The notes under the pieces: model-generated
What the model was told of the DNA's origin: nothing
Database searches by the model: none
The model's input: the letters and a program-made list of their open reading frames with translations, nothing else
Virus record (IMG/VR): IMGVR_UViG_3300028920_000055
Location: 1-64,000 of that record
Length of the DNA: 64,000 nucleotides
Strand: one strand, 5' to 3'
Source of the DNA: a virus
Translations under genes and position numbers: made by a program
Shown: positions 16,901-26,124 of the stretch, in pieces
Layout: every line of letters starts with the position of its first letter
Numbering within the stretch: the stretch's first letter is position 1

Positions 16901-17086
16901 GTGAAGATTGCGTGGTGCTTTATTAGTTGGGGTATATCTGTTTTTCTTCTTATAGTGGCGGAGTGTCTTGTAAAAAATGAAGCCGCCAGGGACATTCTTA
17001 CCAAATCTTATATACATCTTGCTGTTTATTACATTGTTGCTACATTAATATACTTTATGTGTTTGGAAGGCGGATATATACAATGA
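16901..17086 (+). CDS. small membrane protein
   Basis: TAAGGAGG RBS, two hydrophobic segments. Confidence 0.55.
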   Translation: MKIAWCFISWGISVFLLIVAECLVKNEAARDILTKSYIHLAVYYIVATLIYFMCLEGGYIQ

Positions 17087-17310
17087 AGATTGAACTGAAA
17101 TTGGGGGATGGATATATTGCGTTGATGTCTAACATTGACTGTAAAGACACCAACGCCTTTTACTTGTTAATGACTTTTTATAAGAGTCGAACAGGTGGGT
17201 TTAATCATCCGGTGACTAAGAGTAAATTGGATGAACTGTTGAAGAAGAGAAATCCCAATTATTATTACATTGACTATGATAAAGCCTTTGACAAAGGGGA
17301 GATCGAGTGA
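17083..17310 (+). CDS. hypothetical protein
   Basis: ATGA coupling. Confidence 0.5.
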   Translation: MKIELKLGDGYIALMSNIDCKDTNAFYLLMTFYKSRTGGFNHPVTKSKLDELLKKRNPNYYYIDYDKAFDKGEIE

Positions 17311-17603
17311 TGAAGTTTAAAATGACTGCCAAATTGAAATTGGGTAGTGCCAGCAGACCTTGGGATGATGCTAACAAAATATTGTGTCCACGTTGTGGGT
17401 GTCAAATGTACACTGCGTCTGGAGAAAGGTATTATCCCAATGAGTCTAATGCTGATCATGTCGCTGTATGTAGGAATGAAGACTGTAGTTTATATGGAAG
17501 GGCGGGTGTAATATCTAATATGGCTAACATTACTTTAACATATGACTATAAAAGGGGAGATATGACCATAAAAGGGGAGATTAGTGATGGACAGCATTTA
17601 TAA
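17307..17603 (+). CDS. zinc-ribbon protein
   Basis: CPRCG...CRNEDC. Confidence 0.55.
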   Translation: MMKFKMTAKLKLGSASRPWDDANKILCPRCGCQMYTASGERYYPNESNADHVAVCRNEDCSLYGRAGVISNMANITLTYDYKRGDMTIKGEISDGQHL

Positions 17604-17799
17604 CATCCTTATGTCAACGTTTGGGCTTGGCTTAATATTGGTATTGGTATATTGGGCCAAGTTAATTTCTTTAGGCAAGGTCAGAGAAGATAATGCTATG
17701 GTGGCAATGACTGTCTACTTGATAGGATCGATGATATTTATTTTCATTACTTCTCTGACAAAGTTGTGGATGGAAATCACAAAAGGATTTACGCCATGA
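17584..17799 (+). CDS. small membrane protein
   Basis: Two hydrophobic helices, GGGGAG RBS. Confidence 0.55.
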   Translation: MMDSIYNILMSTFGLGLILVLVYWAKLISLGKVREDNAMVAMTVYLIGSMIFIFITSLTKLWMEITKGFTP

Positions 17800-18092
17800 A
17801 GGATTTTGCCATACCTACAGTTTTTATTTTGGCAGTTGTTATTGCCGTTGGGATTGGATATACAAGTAGACCTTTTATAACAATGGAGGACGATACCATG
17901 AAAACTGAATACCATGTAAAGGCGGAGTCTGTTGACGGCACAACAACACTTGAATTTACATTGGTCGCCGAAAACTTAAAAGAAGCCTTTGAACAAGCCC
18001 AATTAGAAGTGAAAAATGTTTTCGGCTATAAAGCAAGCGATCCTGTTTACAATATAAAATATCACATTAAGGAGATACGCCATGACAAATAA
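17796..18092 (+). CDS. hypothetical protein (N-terminal TM; possible internal start at 17898)
   Basis: ATGA coupling; GGAGGA RBS precedes ATG 17898. Confidence 0.5.
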   Translation: MKDFAIPTVFILAVVIAVGIGYTSRPFITMEDDTMKTEYHVKAESVDGTTTLEFTLVAENLKEAFEQAQLEVKNVFGYKASDPVYNIKYHIKEIRHDK

Positions 18093-18576
18093 AGAGAGAT
18101 ATATTGAAGCTGTAAAAGAATTGATAGAACGTTACAAAAGTCACAATATGGGACAAATTGTTAAATACGGAAGTGCACTTTCATGTCCATTGTGTAAAAT
18201 TGGAAGACATACGGACGGCTATGGAAATCTAAATTGTCTCCCTTGTCCAATGGCTGTTCGTGAAAAAGATGCAACTGGAGAAATAAGATTTTTAGAGGGA
18301 TGTTGCGATTATTTCGATGTAGAAAGTGGAAGAATGATTCATTCATTTATTAGACTACAACGAAACAGCTATTATAACTATATTTATCTTACACCAGAAA
18401 AACAAAAAGAAGCCGAAAAGAATTTACTTTATGCTTCTGATTGTAGGGCGAAAGCCTATCAAGAAGTATTGCGCGTGTTGTTGACTTGGTCTGAATCTCG
18501 TTTTACTCAAAAAGGTTGGAAACAGCACAATTGGAATAATGTTGATGGTAAAAAATTATTGGAGGCTGGAAAATGA
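18082..18576 (+). CDS. Cys-rich hypothetical protein, paralog A
   Basis: MTNKERYIEAVKELIERY...CPLC...C.PCPMA...LLEAGK. Confidence 0.7.
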   Translation: MTNKERYIEAVKELIERYKSHNMGQIVKYGSALSCPLCKIGRHTDGYGNLNCLPCPMAVREKDATGEIRFLEGCCDYFDVESGRMIHSFIRLQRNSYYNYIYLTPEKQKEAEKNLLYASDCRAKAYQEVLRVLLTWSESRFTQKGWKQHNWNNVDGKKLLEAGK

Positions 18577-19025
18577 CCAATAAAGATCGTTTTATTAAAG
18601 CTGTCAAAGCTCTTATTGAGCGTTATGACAGCGAGAATGTCGCTGAAATAAAAAAGATGGGGGATGGCAGCGTATGTCCCCTCTGTGAAGCTGTATTTAG
18701 AATACATCGTAAAGTGAACAACGAATGTTGTCCGTGTCCAATGGCAAAAAAGTCGGCTTTTGCAAATGCCAATAAGAAGCTAAAGAGAAGGGCTTATCCA
18801 CAGTGTGCTGAACATTTTGATTCAGAATCAGCGAGAACAATTGAATATTCATTGTGGTCTATAAAGGAACAGATAATACAAGCGGGACATTGGCGCGCAG
18901 CGGCTTTTCGGGAAGTGCTGAAATGTATTGAGAACTGGCCCAAGTCTCGATTTACCTTACGTGGTTGGTATGAAGTTGACTGGGACTATATCGATGGAAG
19001 AGAATTATTGGAGGCTGGAAAGTGA
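18573..19025 (+). CDS. Cys-rich hypothetical protein, paralog B
   Basis: MTNKDRFIKAVKALIERY...CPLC...C.PCPMA...LLEAGK. Confidence 0.7.
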   Translation: MTNKDRFIKAVKALIERYDSENVAEIKKMGDGSVCPLCEAVFRIHRKVNNECCPCPMAKKSAFANANKKLKRRAYPQCAEHFDSESARTIEYSLWSIKEQIIQAGHWRAAAFREVLKCIENWPKSRFTLRGWYEVDWDYIDGRELLEAGK

Positions 19026-19273
19026 AAATCTTGTTAAGAGCATTTGGTGGGAAGTTGGAAGGATATATGGAAATAAAAAATCCAGCTCCAGTGCTTAGAT
19101 TAAGATTGGCTCAACCAACAATTATTTATAAGTTGGGTAAAGATTCAGAAATGCCTTTTGGTCAAACACCTTTCGAATCTGAATGTGTATTCGAAACAAC
19201 CGGTAAAAGAATGGATGATTGGACATTGATATATGAATTAACAAATATAACTAAAACGGCTGTGTCTTATTAA
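19022..19273 (+). CDS. hypothetical protein
   Basis: GGAGG RBS, GTGA coupling. Confidence 0.55.
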   Translation: MKILLRAFGGKLEGYMEIKNPAPVLRLRLAQPTIIYKLGKDSEMPFGQTPFESECVFETTGKRMDDWTLIYELTNITKTAVSY

Positions 19274-19290
19274 TAACAGGGAGAAAGAAA

Positions 19291-19515
19291 ATGACACAAC
19301 TCAAGTATAAAGTGACTATTTGTTATCCTAAGTCTCGACTCTTATTTTATGTCTATGATGTAGACATAAAGAATGTTTATGAATTTGCCTTAAATGAGGC
19401 TAAAAGGATATTTGGCAATTTAATTGATTTGACGGCTGTTCACTTTACTGTAGAGGAATGTTCTTCTCCATTCGCGCAGTTTGGGGATATTGTACAGTCA
19501 GATATACACAAATAA
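19291..19515 (+). CDS. hypothetical protein
   Basis: GGGAG RBS. Confidence 0.55.
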   Translation: MTQLKYKVTICYPKSRLLFYVYDVDIKNVYEFALNEAKRIFGNLIDLTAVHFTVEECSSPFAQFGDIVQSDIHK

Positions 19516-19526
19516 CAGGAGGTGTT

Positions 19527-19808
19527 ATGAAAGCAAAGCGTGACATCAGCATCACAGAAGATGGGTATTTACAGATTAACACTCTTTGTCCCAAGTGTCA
19601 AAGACCCTTGAAAATAGGGGAAAGCAATAAGGGCAAATTGAGATTCATCTGTGAAAATCTGTCTTGTAAACTCGGCGGCAAAGTGTTGAAGCCTTTCATC
19701 AGTATCAAGCTCAAGAGGGCAGCGGATCAGGATGATTTCCTCGTTTACACTCCACCACAGACTGATGAGGAAGCTGTAAAATCTATTTCTGATCCTGTAC
19801 CGGCGTGA
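19527..19808 (+). CDS. zinc-ribbon protein
   Basis: AGGAGGT RBS; CPKC...CENLSC. Confidence 0.6.
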   Translation: MKAKRDISITEDGYLQINTLCPKCQRPLKIGESNKGKLRFICENLSCKLGGKVLKPFISIKLKRAADQDDFLVYTPPQTDEEAVKSISDPVPA

Positions 19809-19814
19809 TCATCT

Positions 19815-19844
19815 GTAAGGGGATGGTATTAACCATCCCCTTAC
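19815..19844 (+). terminator. hairpin / probable terminator
   Basis: GTAAGGGGATGGT-atta-ACCATCCCCTTAC. Confidence 0.6.
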
Positions 19845-19867
19845 CAATTTAATTTTGGAGGTGTAAA

Positions 19868-20083
19868 ATGACATTAACAGAAATGGAAAAACTCGATGTA
19901 GGTAGTGTAATTCGAAATAAAGAAACTAATCAGTGGTTTATGGTTATAGATATAGATGAAAGAAAGAGACTTACTGTCGCTACATTAATTTACAAATCTC
20001 ATCATAAAAAATATGAGAATGTGATGTTGAGGGGAGAGAATATGTTTGAAAAATATATTTCTATGTGTAGGAGGCTAATGTGA
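19868..20083 (+). CDS. hypothetical protein
   Basis: GGAGGT RBS. Confidence 0.55.
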   Translation: MTLTEMEKLDVGSVIRNKETNQWFMVIDIDERKRLTVATLIYKSHHKKYENVMLRGENMFEKYISMCRRLM

Positions 20084-20421
20084 GAATGTGGATGGTTCCA
20101 CCTCAGTATTTATGTCGCAAGCATTTACTTGGCGAACACGTAGAATTACATATGCTTGTGTCTTGTATTAACAAAGGATTTAAACTCGATGGCTTTATTA
20201 AAAAGCGTCTTATTGAAACTCATAGCATTAAATCTCGCCACCAAGCTCTTGTAACTGAAATGTTAACTCGCGGCTATAAGCATAATTCACCTCTTCCATC
20301 TTTTAAAGTGGAAAAGGCAGGAGATGTAAATGTTGTAGACAATATTCGTGAATTGCATAATCGTTGTTCTGATTGTAGGGAAAGAATAGGTACATTATTT
20401 GTAAAAGGAGAAGTAACATGA
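20080..20421 (+). CDS. denV: pyrimidine-dimer DNA glycosylase / endonuclease V (DenV-like)
   Basis: MRMWMVPPQYLCRKHLLGEHVELHM...RH..LV.EM..RGY.H.SPL. Confidence 0.8.
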   Translation: MRMWMVPPQYLCRKHLLGEHVELHMLVSCINKGFKLDGFIKKRLIETHSIKSRHQALVTEMLTRGYKHNSPLPSFKVEKAGDVNVVDNIRELHNRCSDCRERIGTLFVKGEVT

Positions 20422-20723
20422 ATACAGACGGAATGTTTAAAGTGTATAGGGAGATCGTTGAGGAAAGAATGCGCAGCATACAGGCTTTCGCTAAAGATCA
20501 CGCTATCGATATTGAGAAAGCCAATAAGGAAAACACTATCAATGAATGGTGCGCTTACGCAACTTATTATGCCGGTAGAGCCACCTCTCACCGCATCTAT
20601 AATCATTCTCACAACATCGGAAATTTTCGGAGCAACATGATTAAACTTGCCAACATCGCTATCGCAGCTGTACAAGCAGTTGATAATGGCGATGTTGCAA
20701 GACATGAACTTGGTGTAGAATAA
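20418..20723 (+). CDS. hypothetical protein, possible MazG-like helical fold
   Basis: EIVEER...EW..Y...FRSNMIKLANIAIAAVQAVD. Confidence 0.45.
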   Translation: MNTDGMFKVYREIVEERMRSIQAFAKDHAIDIEKANKENTINEWCAYATYYAGRATSHRIYNHSHNIGNFRSNMIKLANIAIAAVQAVDNGDVARHELGVE

Positions 20724-20764
20724 GAATGGAAGATTGAAAGAGTTTTTAGAAGGGACATATTGAT

Positions 20765-21445
20765 TTGAAAATAAAACAAATCAATCAATTAAGTCTTTTT
20801 AAAAGAGATGCACAGATAACATCTCAAGTAGTGGCAACGATGGTAGGAGATTATTTTGAAACTCTTACATCAGAAATAACAACAGGTACTAAATTGGTTA
20901 GTGCAGGTGTGTCAGATTGTAGGGCTGATTTAGTTGCTAATAATATGTTGATCGAGGTAAAATCAGGAAGTCAAAAAATCATTTTTACAGAGAGACAATG
21001 GAATAATTATAAAGATTATGCCGTTAAATATAACAATGTTAATATTTGGTTTTTTATATATTCATATAAAAAGAAAACACTCACGTCTTTTACGGAACCA
21101 ATAGAGATTTATCAATATTTATCATACAATATAAATCATCTTGTTTGTATAAATTATTCAATTATGTTGAAATGGTTTAATAAGTTAAATCCTAAATGGA
21201 TTGTTTGGAACAGCCCCAAATTCGAATGTTCCAATAAAGTATTTTGTATTCCTCATACTTTTATTAGAAATGAAGTAAACGATTGGAATAAGAAAACTAT
21301 TGGCGATACAATTATTGAAGGAATTAAAGTTTGTTCCTTTGATAGATATTATCTTGATGATATAGGTGTGTTTAATAATAACGAAAAATATAATCAACCC
21401 CCTCCAGAATATATTGAAGATAAAAAAGAACAATTACCGTTTTAA
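20765..21445 (+). CDS. PD-(D/E)XK nuclease-like protein
   Basis: GDYFE...ADLV...IEVKS motif; markedly AT-rich. Confidence 0.6.
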   Translation: MKIKQINQLSLFKRDAQITSQVVATMVGDYFETLTSEITTGTKLVSAGVSDCRADLVANNMLIEVKSGSQKIIFTERQWNNYKDYAVKYNNVNIWFFIYSYKKKTLTSFTEPIEIYQYLSYNINHLVCINYSIMLKWFNKLNPKWIVWNSPKFECSNKVFCIPHTFIRNEVNDWNKKTIGDTIIEGIKVCSFDRYYLDDIGVFNNNEKYNQPPPEYIEDKKEQLPF

Positions 21446-21469
21446 ATTAATCAAAATTGGAGGTGTAAA

Positions 21470-21652
21470 ATGGCCGTTGAAATTGGTGAGTACAAGGGAA
21501 AGCCTGTAATTTCTTTAACTGAAGAAGGAATGCACGGGCATCATCCATTTTCATTTGGTTTAAGGAAAGCTCAATTAATTCTTGATCACATTGAAGACAT
21601 CGAAGCCTTTGTGACAGAACAGGAGAATCTTAAATCAATGGAGGAAAAATGA
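21470..21652 (+). CDS. small conserved hypothetical protein
   Basis: EYKGKPVISL...PFSFGLRKAQLILDHIEDIEAFV; GGAGGT RBS. Confidence 0.65.
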   Translation: MAVEIGEYKGKPVISLTEEGMHGHHPFSFGLRKAQLILDHIEDIEAFVTEQENLKSMEEK

Positions 21653-21867
21653 TGGAAAGATTTGTGGAATCAAAAGCTAAGACCAATAAGTTGTGGTGTT
21701 CCGATTGTGGCAAAGATATAAAAAAAGGAGAAGATGTAATTTTTAAATTGGACTCTGATGAAAAAATGTTAGAAGTATTTTGCTGTAATTGCCTACATCG
21801 TTACATGATAGATGTAATTCACAGCGAAGAACATCCCTTTTCGTCAGAAGCACTTGGACAAGAATAA
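21649..21867 (+). CDS. zinc-binding hypothetical protein
   Basis: CSDC...CCNC. Confidence 0.55.
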   Translation: MMERFVESKAKTNKLWCSDCGKDIKKGEDVIFKLDSDEKMLEVFCCNCLHRYMIDVIHSEEHPFSSEALGQE

Positions 21868-21883
21868 GAATAGGAGCTAATCA

Positions 21884-22474
21884 ATGAAGTATCTCATCTG
21901 TGGTCACATGCGGAGTGGAACCAAGTATTGTAGCCGGTTGGCTCTTAATCTTGGTGTTGGAATCCTTCATGAAAAAGAGGGAAAGCAGGGAATGTCTTTT
22001 TGGGAGCATGTTGTTTGCCCAAAAAACTGGGCAGTATTAATACACATCGTTAGAAATCCAATAGATGTCATTTCTTCTTCTTATACTTGTATGCCTCGAT
22101 CTTGGAAATATATGAGTGAACATATAGGTATCGACCTCATGTCTTTTCCTATGCCTATAAGGGCAATGATTACTTGGGTGTGGTGGAATCGGGTAATAAG
22201 GAATAATTATCCTTCATTGACCTGTCGGGTTGAGGATTTGACATCTCATACTAAATCATTTGATGATTTCTGCAAATGGCTTAATGTGAGTCCAGATTCC
22301 GATTGGAATAAATTTCCTCCAAGCGATTGGAATACCTGCAAACATCGTAATCGTCCCACCTCTAAAGGCACAATGCCTTACAGAACCGTAACTAAGGGGG
22401 ATTTAATGAAAGCTGATATTCAGCAATATGAGAAGGTTGCAATTGAAGCGGAAAAATATGGGTACGTATTATGA
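21884..22474 (+). CDS. sulfotransferase-family protein
   Basis: 5'-PSB loop ICGHMRSGTKY, 3'-PB IHIVRNPIDVISS, RVEDL. Confidence 0.7.
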   Translation: MKYLICGHMRSGTKYCSRLALNLGVGILHEKEGKQGMSFWEHVVCPKNWAVLIHIVRNPIDVISSSYTCMPRSWKYMSEHIGIDLMSFPMPIRAMITWVWWNRVIRNNYPSLTCRVEDLTSHTKSFDDFCKWLNVSPDSDWNKFPPSDWNTCKHRNRPTSKGTMPYRTVTKGDLMKADIQQYEKVAIEAEKYGYVL

Positions 22475-22869
22475 ATATTAATGAATTGAACGAAAAGGTG
22501 ATGAAGGAATTAACCAACTTGGATGTTGACGTTACGAAAGTCAACGAAGAAGAAAAAGAGTTGTATTATCTTTTCAAAGCTATTCTTAGTAATCAATTCG
22601 AATTTAAAACAACAGAAGATTGTAAAGATATGTGGTATCGATCTTCTGTTATTGAAGGTTCAATGACTGAGGCAACCGCATTTGCTGTATTAAAATATTA
22701 TGCTTATTTATCCAGGAAAGGTTATAATCCATTGATTCAAATTGTAGCCAGCTTTCTGGCTTTGATGGCTGGAGAGGGTAAAGTTATTAACTTAGCGGAG
22801 GAAAAGAAAAATGAAGGATTGGGTTCTGAACACAAAAGCGATACAAGGCCAACGATACGAAAAAGGTGA
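22471..22869 (+). CDS. hypothetical protein
   Basis: ATGA coupling. Confidence 0.55.
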   Translation: MNINELNEKVMKELTNLDVDVTKVNEEEKELYYLFKAILSNQFEFKTTEDCKDMWYRSSVIEGSMTEATAFAVLKYYAYLSRKGYNPLIQIVASFLALMAGEGKVINLAEEKKNEGLGSEHKSDTRPTIRKR

Positions 22870-23143
22870 TGTCTTTCAAATCGTTAGAACAACAGAAGAT
22901 GGTGAAAGACAAGGGTGGCTTGGCTCATTCGTAATGGCCACCGAAATCAAGGATTTCGGGATCATAGGCTTTGTACACCACATTGAAAGCCATGAGGAAT
23001 CTTCTGCTGCTCCAACGAGACTGGAATGGCGCAACATCGCTTACGTTGGAAAAGCTCGTCTCATTCCAAAATTAGAATTGGAGGCTTATGATGAACAACC
23101 TGATAGAACCAGCGATGGCGGAGTCGATCAAGTCAAGAATTGA
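22811..23143 (+). CDS. hypothetical protein
   Basis: GGAGG RBS. Confidence 0.55.
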   Translation: MKDWVLNTKAIQGQRYEKGDVFQIVRTTEDGERQGWLGSFVMATEIKDFGIIGFVHHIESHEESSAAPTRLEWRNIAYVGKARLIPKLELEAYDEQPDRTSDGGVDQVKN

Positions 23144-23393
23144 TGCTTGGGAAGACAGCATGAAGGAGAAGTTAAAAGGTCATACTCCATTTCCAGCCAA
23201 TTGGACTTATTATCGGCGTGCCCAGCATATGCTCGATTGTTATGTTCAGCTCCGTGATCAAATGGAGAAAAAGGCAGCATCAAAAAAAAGCAATGATCCA
23301 ACAAGAATTGGAGATTTAAGTTATAACACAGTTAATAATCTGATTGCAGTAATACAACGTTGGCTACCAACATTGAAGGAAGCGGGTGTATAA
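23088..23393 (+). CDS. hypothetical protein
   Basis: GGAGG RBS. Confidence 0.55.
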   Translation: MMNNLIEPAMAESIKSRIDAWEDSMKEKLKGHTPFPANWTYYRRAQHMLDCYVQLRDQMEKKAASKKSNDPTRIGDLSYNTVNNLIAVIQRWLPTLKEAGV

Positions 23394-23812
23394 TGAATGC
23401 TTTGGGTATATTACAAGCAGCCAAAGAAAGGGGATTGTCAACATACGCTATTGAAAGGATAACAGGCATTCATCATAATACTATACAGAGGTATCTGCGT
23501 GGCAGTAAAATGATTTCTAAAAATATGTTGAAAATTGAGGATAGAAAGGATATTTTACTTGGGACATCCCCTAAAGATCATTATTCGCCTATCAACATAT
23601 TGTTACGTAAAAACAATAGGCTTTTAGAAATCCCAACACTTGAGAGTATTTGTTCAGAATGTATGCACTTTGTATTGGCCGCCTTTGAAGATGATATTGA
23701 GAATGGAGATAGGTGGTGGGAGGATGCAATATTGAATGTTAGAAAAGATGATACTCTAATACGTAAGTTACAGAAGCTGGTAATAAAATGGGGATTGAAA
23801 CATGAGTATTGA
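23393..23812 (+). CDS. HTH DNA-binding protein
   Basis: GLSTYAIERITGIHHNTIQRYLRG. Confidence 0.65.
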   Translation: MNALGILQAAKERGLSTYAIERITGIHHNTIQRYLRGSKMISKNMLKIEDRKDILLGTSPKDHYSPINILLRKNNRLLEIPTLESICSECMHFVLAAFEDDIENGDRWWEDAILNVRKDDTLIRKLQKLVIKWGLKHEY

Positions 23813-24020
23813 AAAGTATTTTTGGGATGTTCGCCATCGAGTAGAAGGCTGGTTGCAGGATGGCGCAACGAGAGATGTTGTTTTTGATTATCTTGGTGAT
23901 CTTTGTAAAAGGGAATTGGGAAAAGATGAATTGACTGATCAAGAGAGAATCGAGCTGTTTCAATACGGAATAAATGTTTATAGAAAAATAACAGGCGATA
24001 CAGGTGATACAGATGAGTAA
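23802..24020 (+). CDS. hypothetical protein
   Basis: Coupled ORF. Confidence 0.5.
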   Translation: MSIEKYFWDVRHRVEGWLQDGATRDVVFDYLGDLCKRELGKDELTDQERIELFQYGINVYRKITGDTGDTDE

Positions 24021-24696
24021 ACCAATCGGAAAATATGGAACATTGGATGAGGATGATGAAATGAATAAATCTATTGAAAAACGAAAGAGAAAAGCTCGTG
24101 ATGCCAAGGAATTGCTTGCTAAAGCAAAGCCTACATCCGTAAGACAAGCAGATTTTGAACTCGATGATGAAAAGAGGCGAGAGGCACAAGCAAGAGCAAA
24201 GCGTCAAAAGCGCAGAGACTATAATCAAGCGGAACGCAAATGGAGAAGATTTACTATTGTATCTTTATTTGTAGCTCCACTTGCTATTAGTGCCGTGAGC
24301 ATTATACACATGTTCGATTGGTTTCTTATCGGAAACAATCAATATTTGTCGTATGCTTTAGGCGTAGCATATGAATGGCTTATTATAGCGGCACTTATAT
24401 CTTTGAGACATTTCGGAGTGTTGTCATTCTTTACAAGAATGTTTACTTGGATATTAATCATATTATTGATTTTTCTCCAGGTGGCCGGTAATGTATATTC
24501 TGTTTATCTTAGAATTACAACAAAGCAAGAGATTGTAACTGTAGTATCTGAATTTATTGGAATGGAAGCTGGAATGGAAGTAATTAGATTGCTCTCTTTT
24601 GCTATCGGAGCTATATTGCCTCTTACCAGCTTGGTTTTTATGAAGATACTTGCTAACTATTGGGTTAAGACTCATGGACGGTGGCGCGATGAATAA
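24013..24696 (+). CDS. membrane protein (4 TM) with charged N-terminus
   Basis: Four hydrophobic segments. Confidence 0.65.
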   Translation: MSKPIGKYGTLDEDDEMNKSIEKRKRKARDAKELLAKAKPTSVRQADFELDDEKRREAQARAKRQKRRDYNQAERKWRRFTIVSLFVAPLAISAVSIIHMFDWFLIGNNQYLSYALGVAYEWLIIAALISLRHFGVLSFFTRMFTWILIILLIFLQVAGNVYSVYLRITTKQEIVTVVSEFIGMEAGMEVIRLLSFAIGAILPLTSLVFMKILANYWVKTHGRWRDE

Positions 24697-24731
24697 TCGT
24701 ATAACTTTATACGTTAATCGAAAAATTTTCC

Positions 24732-24760
24732 TTTACTTTTTGAAAAAAGTTTATTATATT
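24732..24760 (+). promoter_or_regulatory. sigma70-type promoter
   Basis: TTTACT-17-TATATT, same TTTATTATATT -10 context as the early promoters. Confidence 0.6.
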
Positions 24761-24789
24761 TATAACGGTTTCCATTTCTTTCCCCTTAA

Positions 24790-24870
24790 AAAGGGCCAAC
24801 ACTCTAAAATAACGGTCGGTGTGCTCAGGCAAGCACCCAGGGCGTAAAAAGGTGTGAGTGTTGGCCCTTT
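24790..24870 (+). ncRNA. candidate structured RNA / leader
   Basis: Perfect 15-bp stem AAAGGGCCAACACTC/GAGTGTTGGCCCTTT enclosing an A-rich bubble and an inner GTGCT/AGCAC hairpin. Confidence 0.45.
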
Positions 24871-24903
24871 CCCTTTATAACAAAAGCAGGAGGATAAAAC
24901 ACA

Positions 24904-25182
24904 ATGAAAAGTGTTAAAAAGTCCAAGAAAGGTGTAAGAAAGTCTCGAAAAGTGTCTAAAAGTGTAGAAGAACCAAAAGTTGATCAGGTAAAGTTCAAAG
25001 TTGTTATGCTTATGGACAACGGAGACATCGAGACCAAGAGTTTTACCAATGTTGCTGAATTACTTTCTTTCGTTTCTGCCCTTAATGTCGGGGTGGAAAT
25101 TCCATCCAAATGGCTCACTGTTATTTTCCCACCCGGTGACAGCTTACTTAATAAAATCAGGAGAAAATTATGGTTACTATAG
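24904..25182 (+). CDS. hypothetical protein, Lys-rich N-terminus
   Basis: AGGAGG RBS. Confidence 0.6.
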   Translation: MKSVKKSKKGVRKSRKVSKSVEEPKVDQVKFKVVMLMDNGDIETKSFTNVAELLSFVSALNVGVEIPSKWLTVIFPPGDSLLNKIRRKLWLL

Positions 25183-25457
25183 TGTTTGACGATGATTTCC
25201 GACCAGGCATCATTGAAGAGGTTGGAAAAGAGAACATTCGTACCGGTCATTTGCGCCCAGAGGTTGAGGCCAACTTATCTGGCCCACAAACTCCGGTGGT
25301 TTGGATTACGAATGAGGGCAATTGGAGGGCTATTTATGTGGAGCCTCATTCTTTGGCTTCTGAAACATTTCCTTTATCTGAGAGACCAATAACAGAGTTA
25401 AATAGTCTGATCCATGGATACGCTCTCAATTATCATTGGAGGAAACATGTCGGATAA
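25170..25457 (+). CDS. hypothetical protein
   Basis: AGGAG RBS. Confidence 0.55.
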   Translation: MVTIVFDDDFRPGIIEEVGKENIRTGHLRPEVEANLSGPQTPVVWITNEGNWRAIYVEPHSLASETFPLSERPITELNSLIHGYALNYHWRKHVG

Positions 25458-25893
25458 GTGTAGCTTTAAACAGATGGTGACTGAACAATTGGATAAGTGG
25501 TCTTTATTCCATTTATGGGTGCCACTTTTGCTATTTACCGTATTGACTCAAATTAATGTTTCTTTTTTTCTTTCCGCTTTGATAACTTGCACTATCTCAT
25601 TTATGTGGGAGTTGATGGATGATGCTTGGAGATATGAAAGTTATCTTTTCCCGCCTTTTGTTGAGAGTATTTTTGGAAGATGGGCTTTTGATAAAAGAGG
25701 GTTCAGCATAGTGGATTATTGGCTCGCTTTTGTACCACTCACCCTTATGTTGGCGGGACATTGGGTATTTACTTCTCCATTTACCATATTTGTAGAATTA
25801 ATATGGTGGCTTGTTTTTTCACTTCTTAGTAATTTTTTCGGTATTCGATTGTACAGGGAAGGAGATTGGGAATACAACTGTTTCGGAGACTGA
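25447..25893 (+). CDS. membrane protein
   Basis: GGAGG RBS; several TM segments; H...WE..D...D motif. Confidence 0.6.
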   Translation: MSDKCSFKQMVTEQLDKWSLFHLWVPLLLFTVLTQINVSFFLSALITCTISFMWELMDDAWRYESYLFPPFVESIFGRWAFDKRGFSIVDYWLAFVPLTLMLAGHWVFTSPFTIFVELIWWLVFSLLSNFFGIRLYREGDWEYNCFGD

Positions 25894-25894
25894 T

Positions 25895-26116
25895 ATGGGC
25901 ATGAAGAACAATAGAAAGATGTATAATAGGCGTCCAAGACCGCCTAACATCCCGGAAGATTTTCTTCATTGTTCTAAATGTAAAACATGGAAGCACGAAA
26001 AAGAATTTCGAAAGTCAAAAGTAAACAAAGCCAACAGATATAGATCATATATCTGCTTGGAGTGTGAGAAGCTCAAGAGTAAATTGTACAGCAGCGGTAG
26101 AAACTATGTATGGTAG
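25895..26116 (+). CDS. small zinc-finger protein
   Basis: CSKCK..K...F......ICLEC. Confidence 0.5.
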   Translation: MGMKNNRKMYNRRPRPPNIPEDFLHCSKCKTWKHEKEFRKSKVNKANRYRSYICLECEKLKSKLYSSGRNYVW

Positions 26117-26124
26117 GAGGAACA

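Noticed and set aside
23581-24228. 215-aa minus-strand ORF and other short minus-strand ORFs
   Set aside because: They overlap well-supported, coupled + strand genes and have no recognisable features
24810-24845. SRP (4.5S) RNA
   Set aside because: TCAGG and AAGCA are present, but the intervening GNRA-capped helix of domain IV is missing
25895-26116. HNH homing endonuclease
   Set aside because: Only the N-terminal zinc-finger-like part is present; no HNH catalytic motif follows
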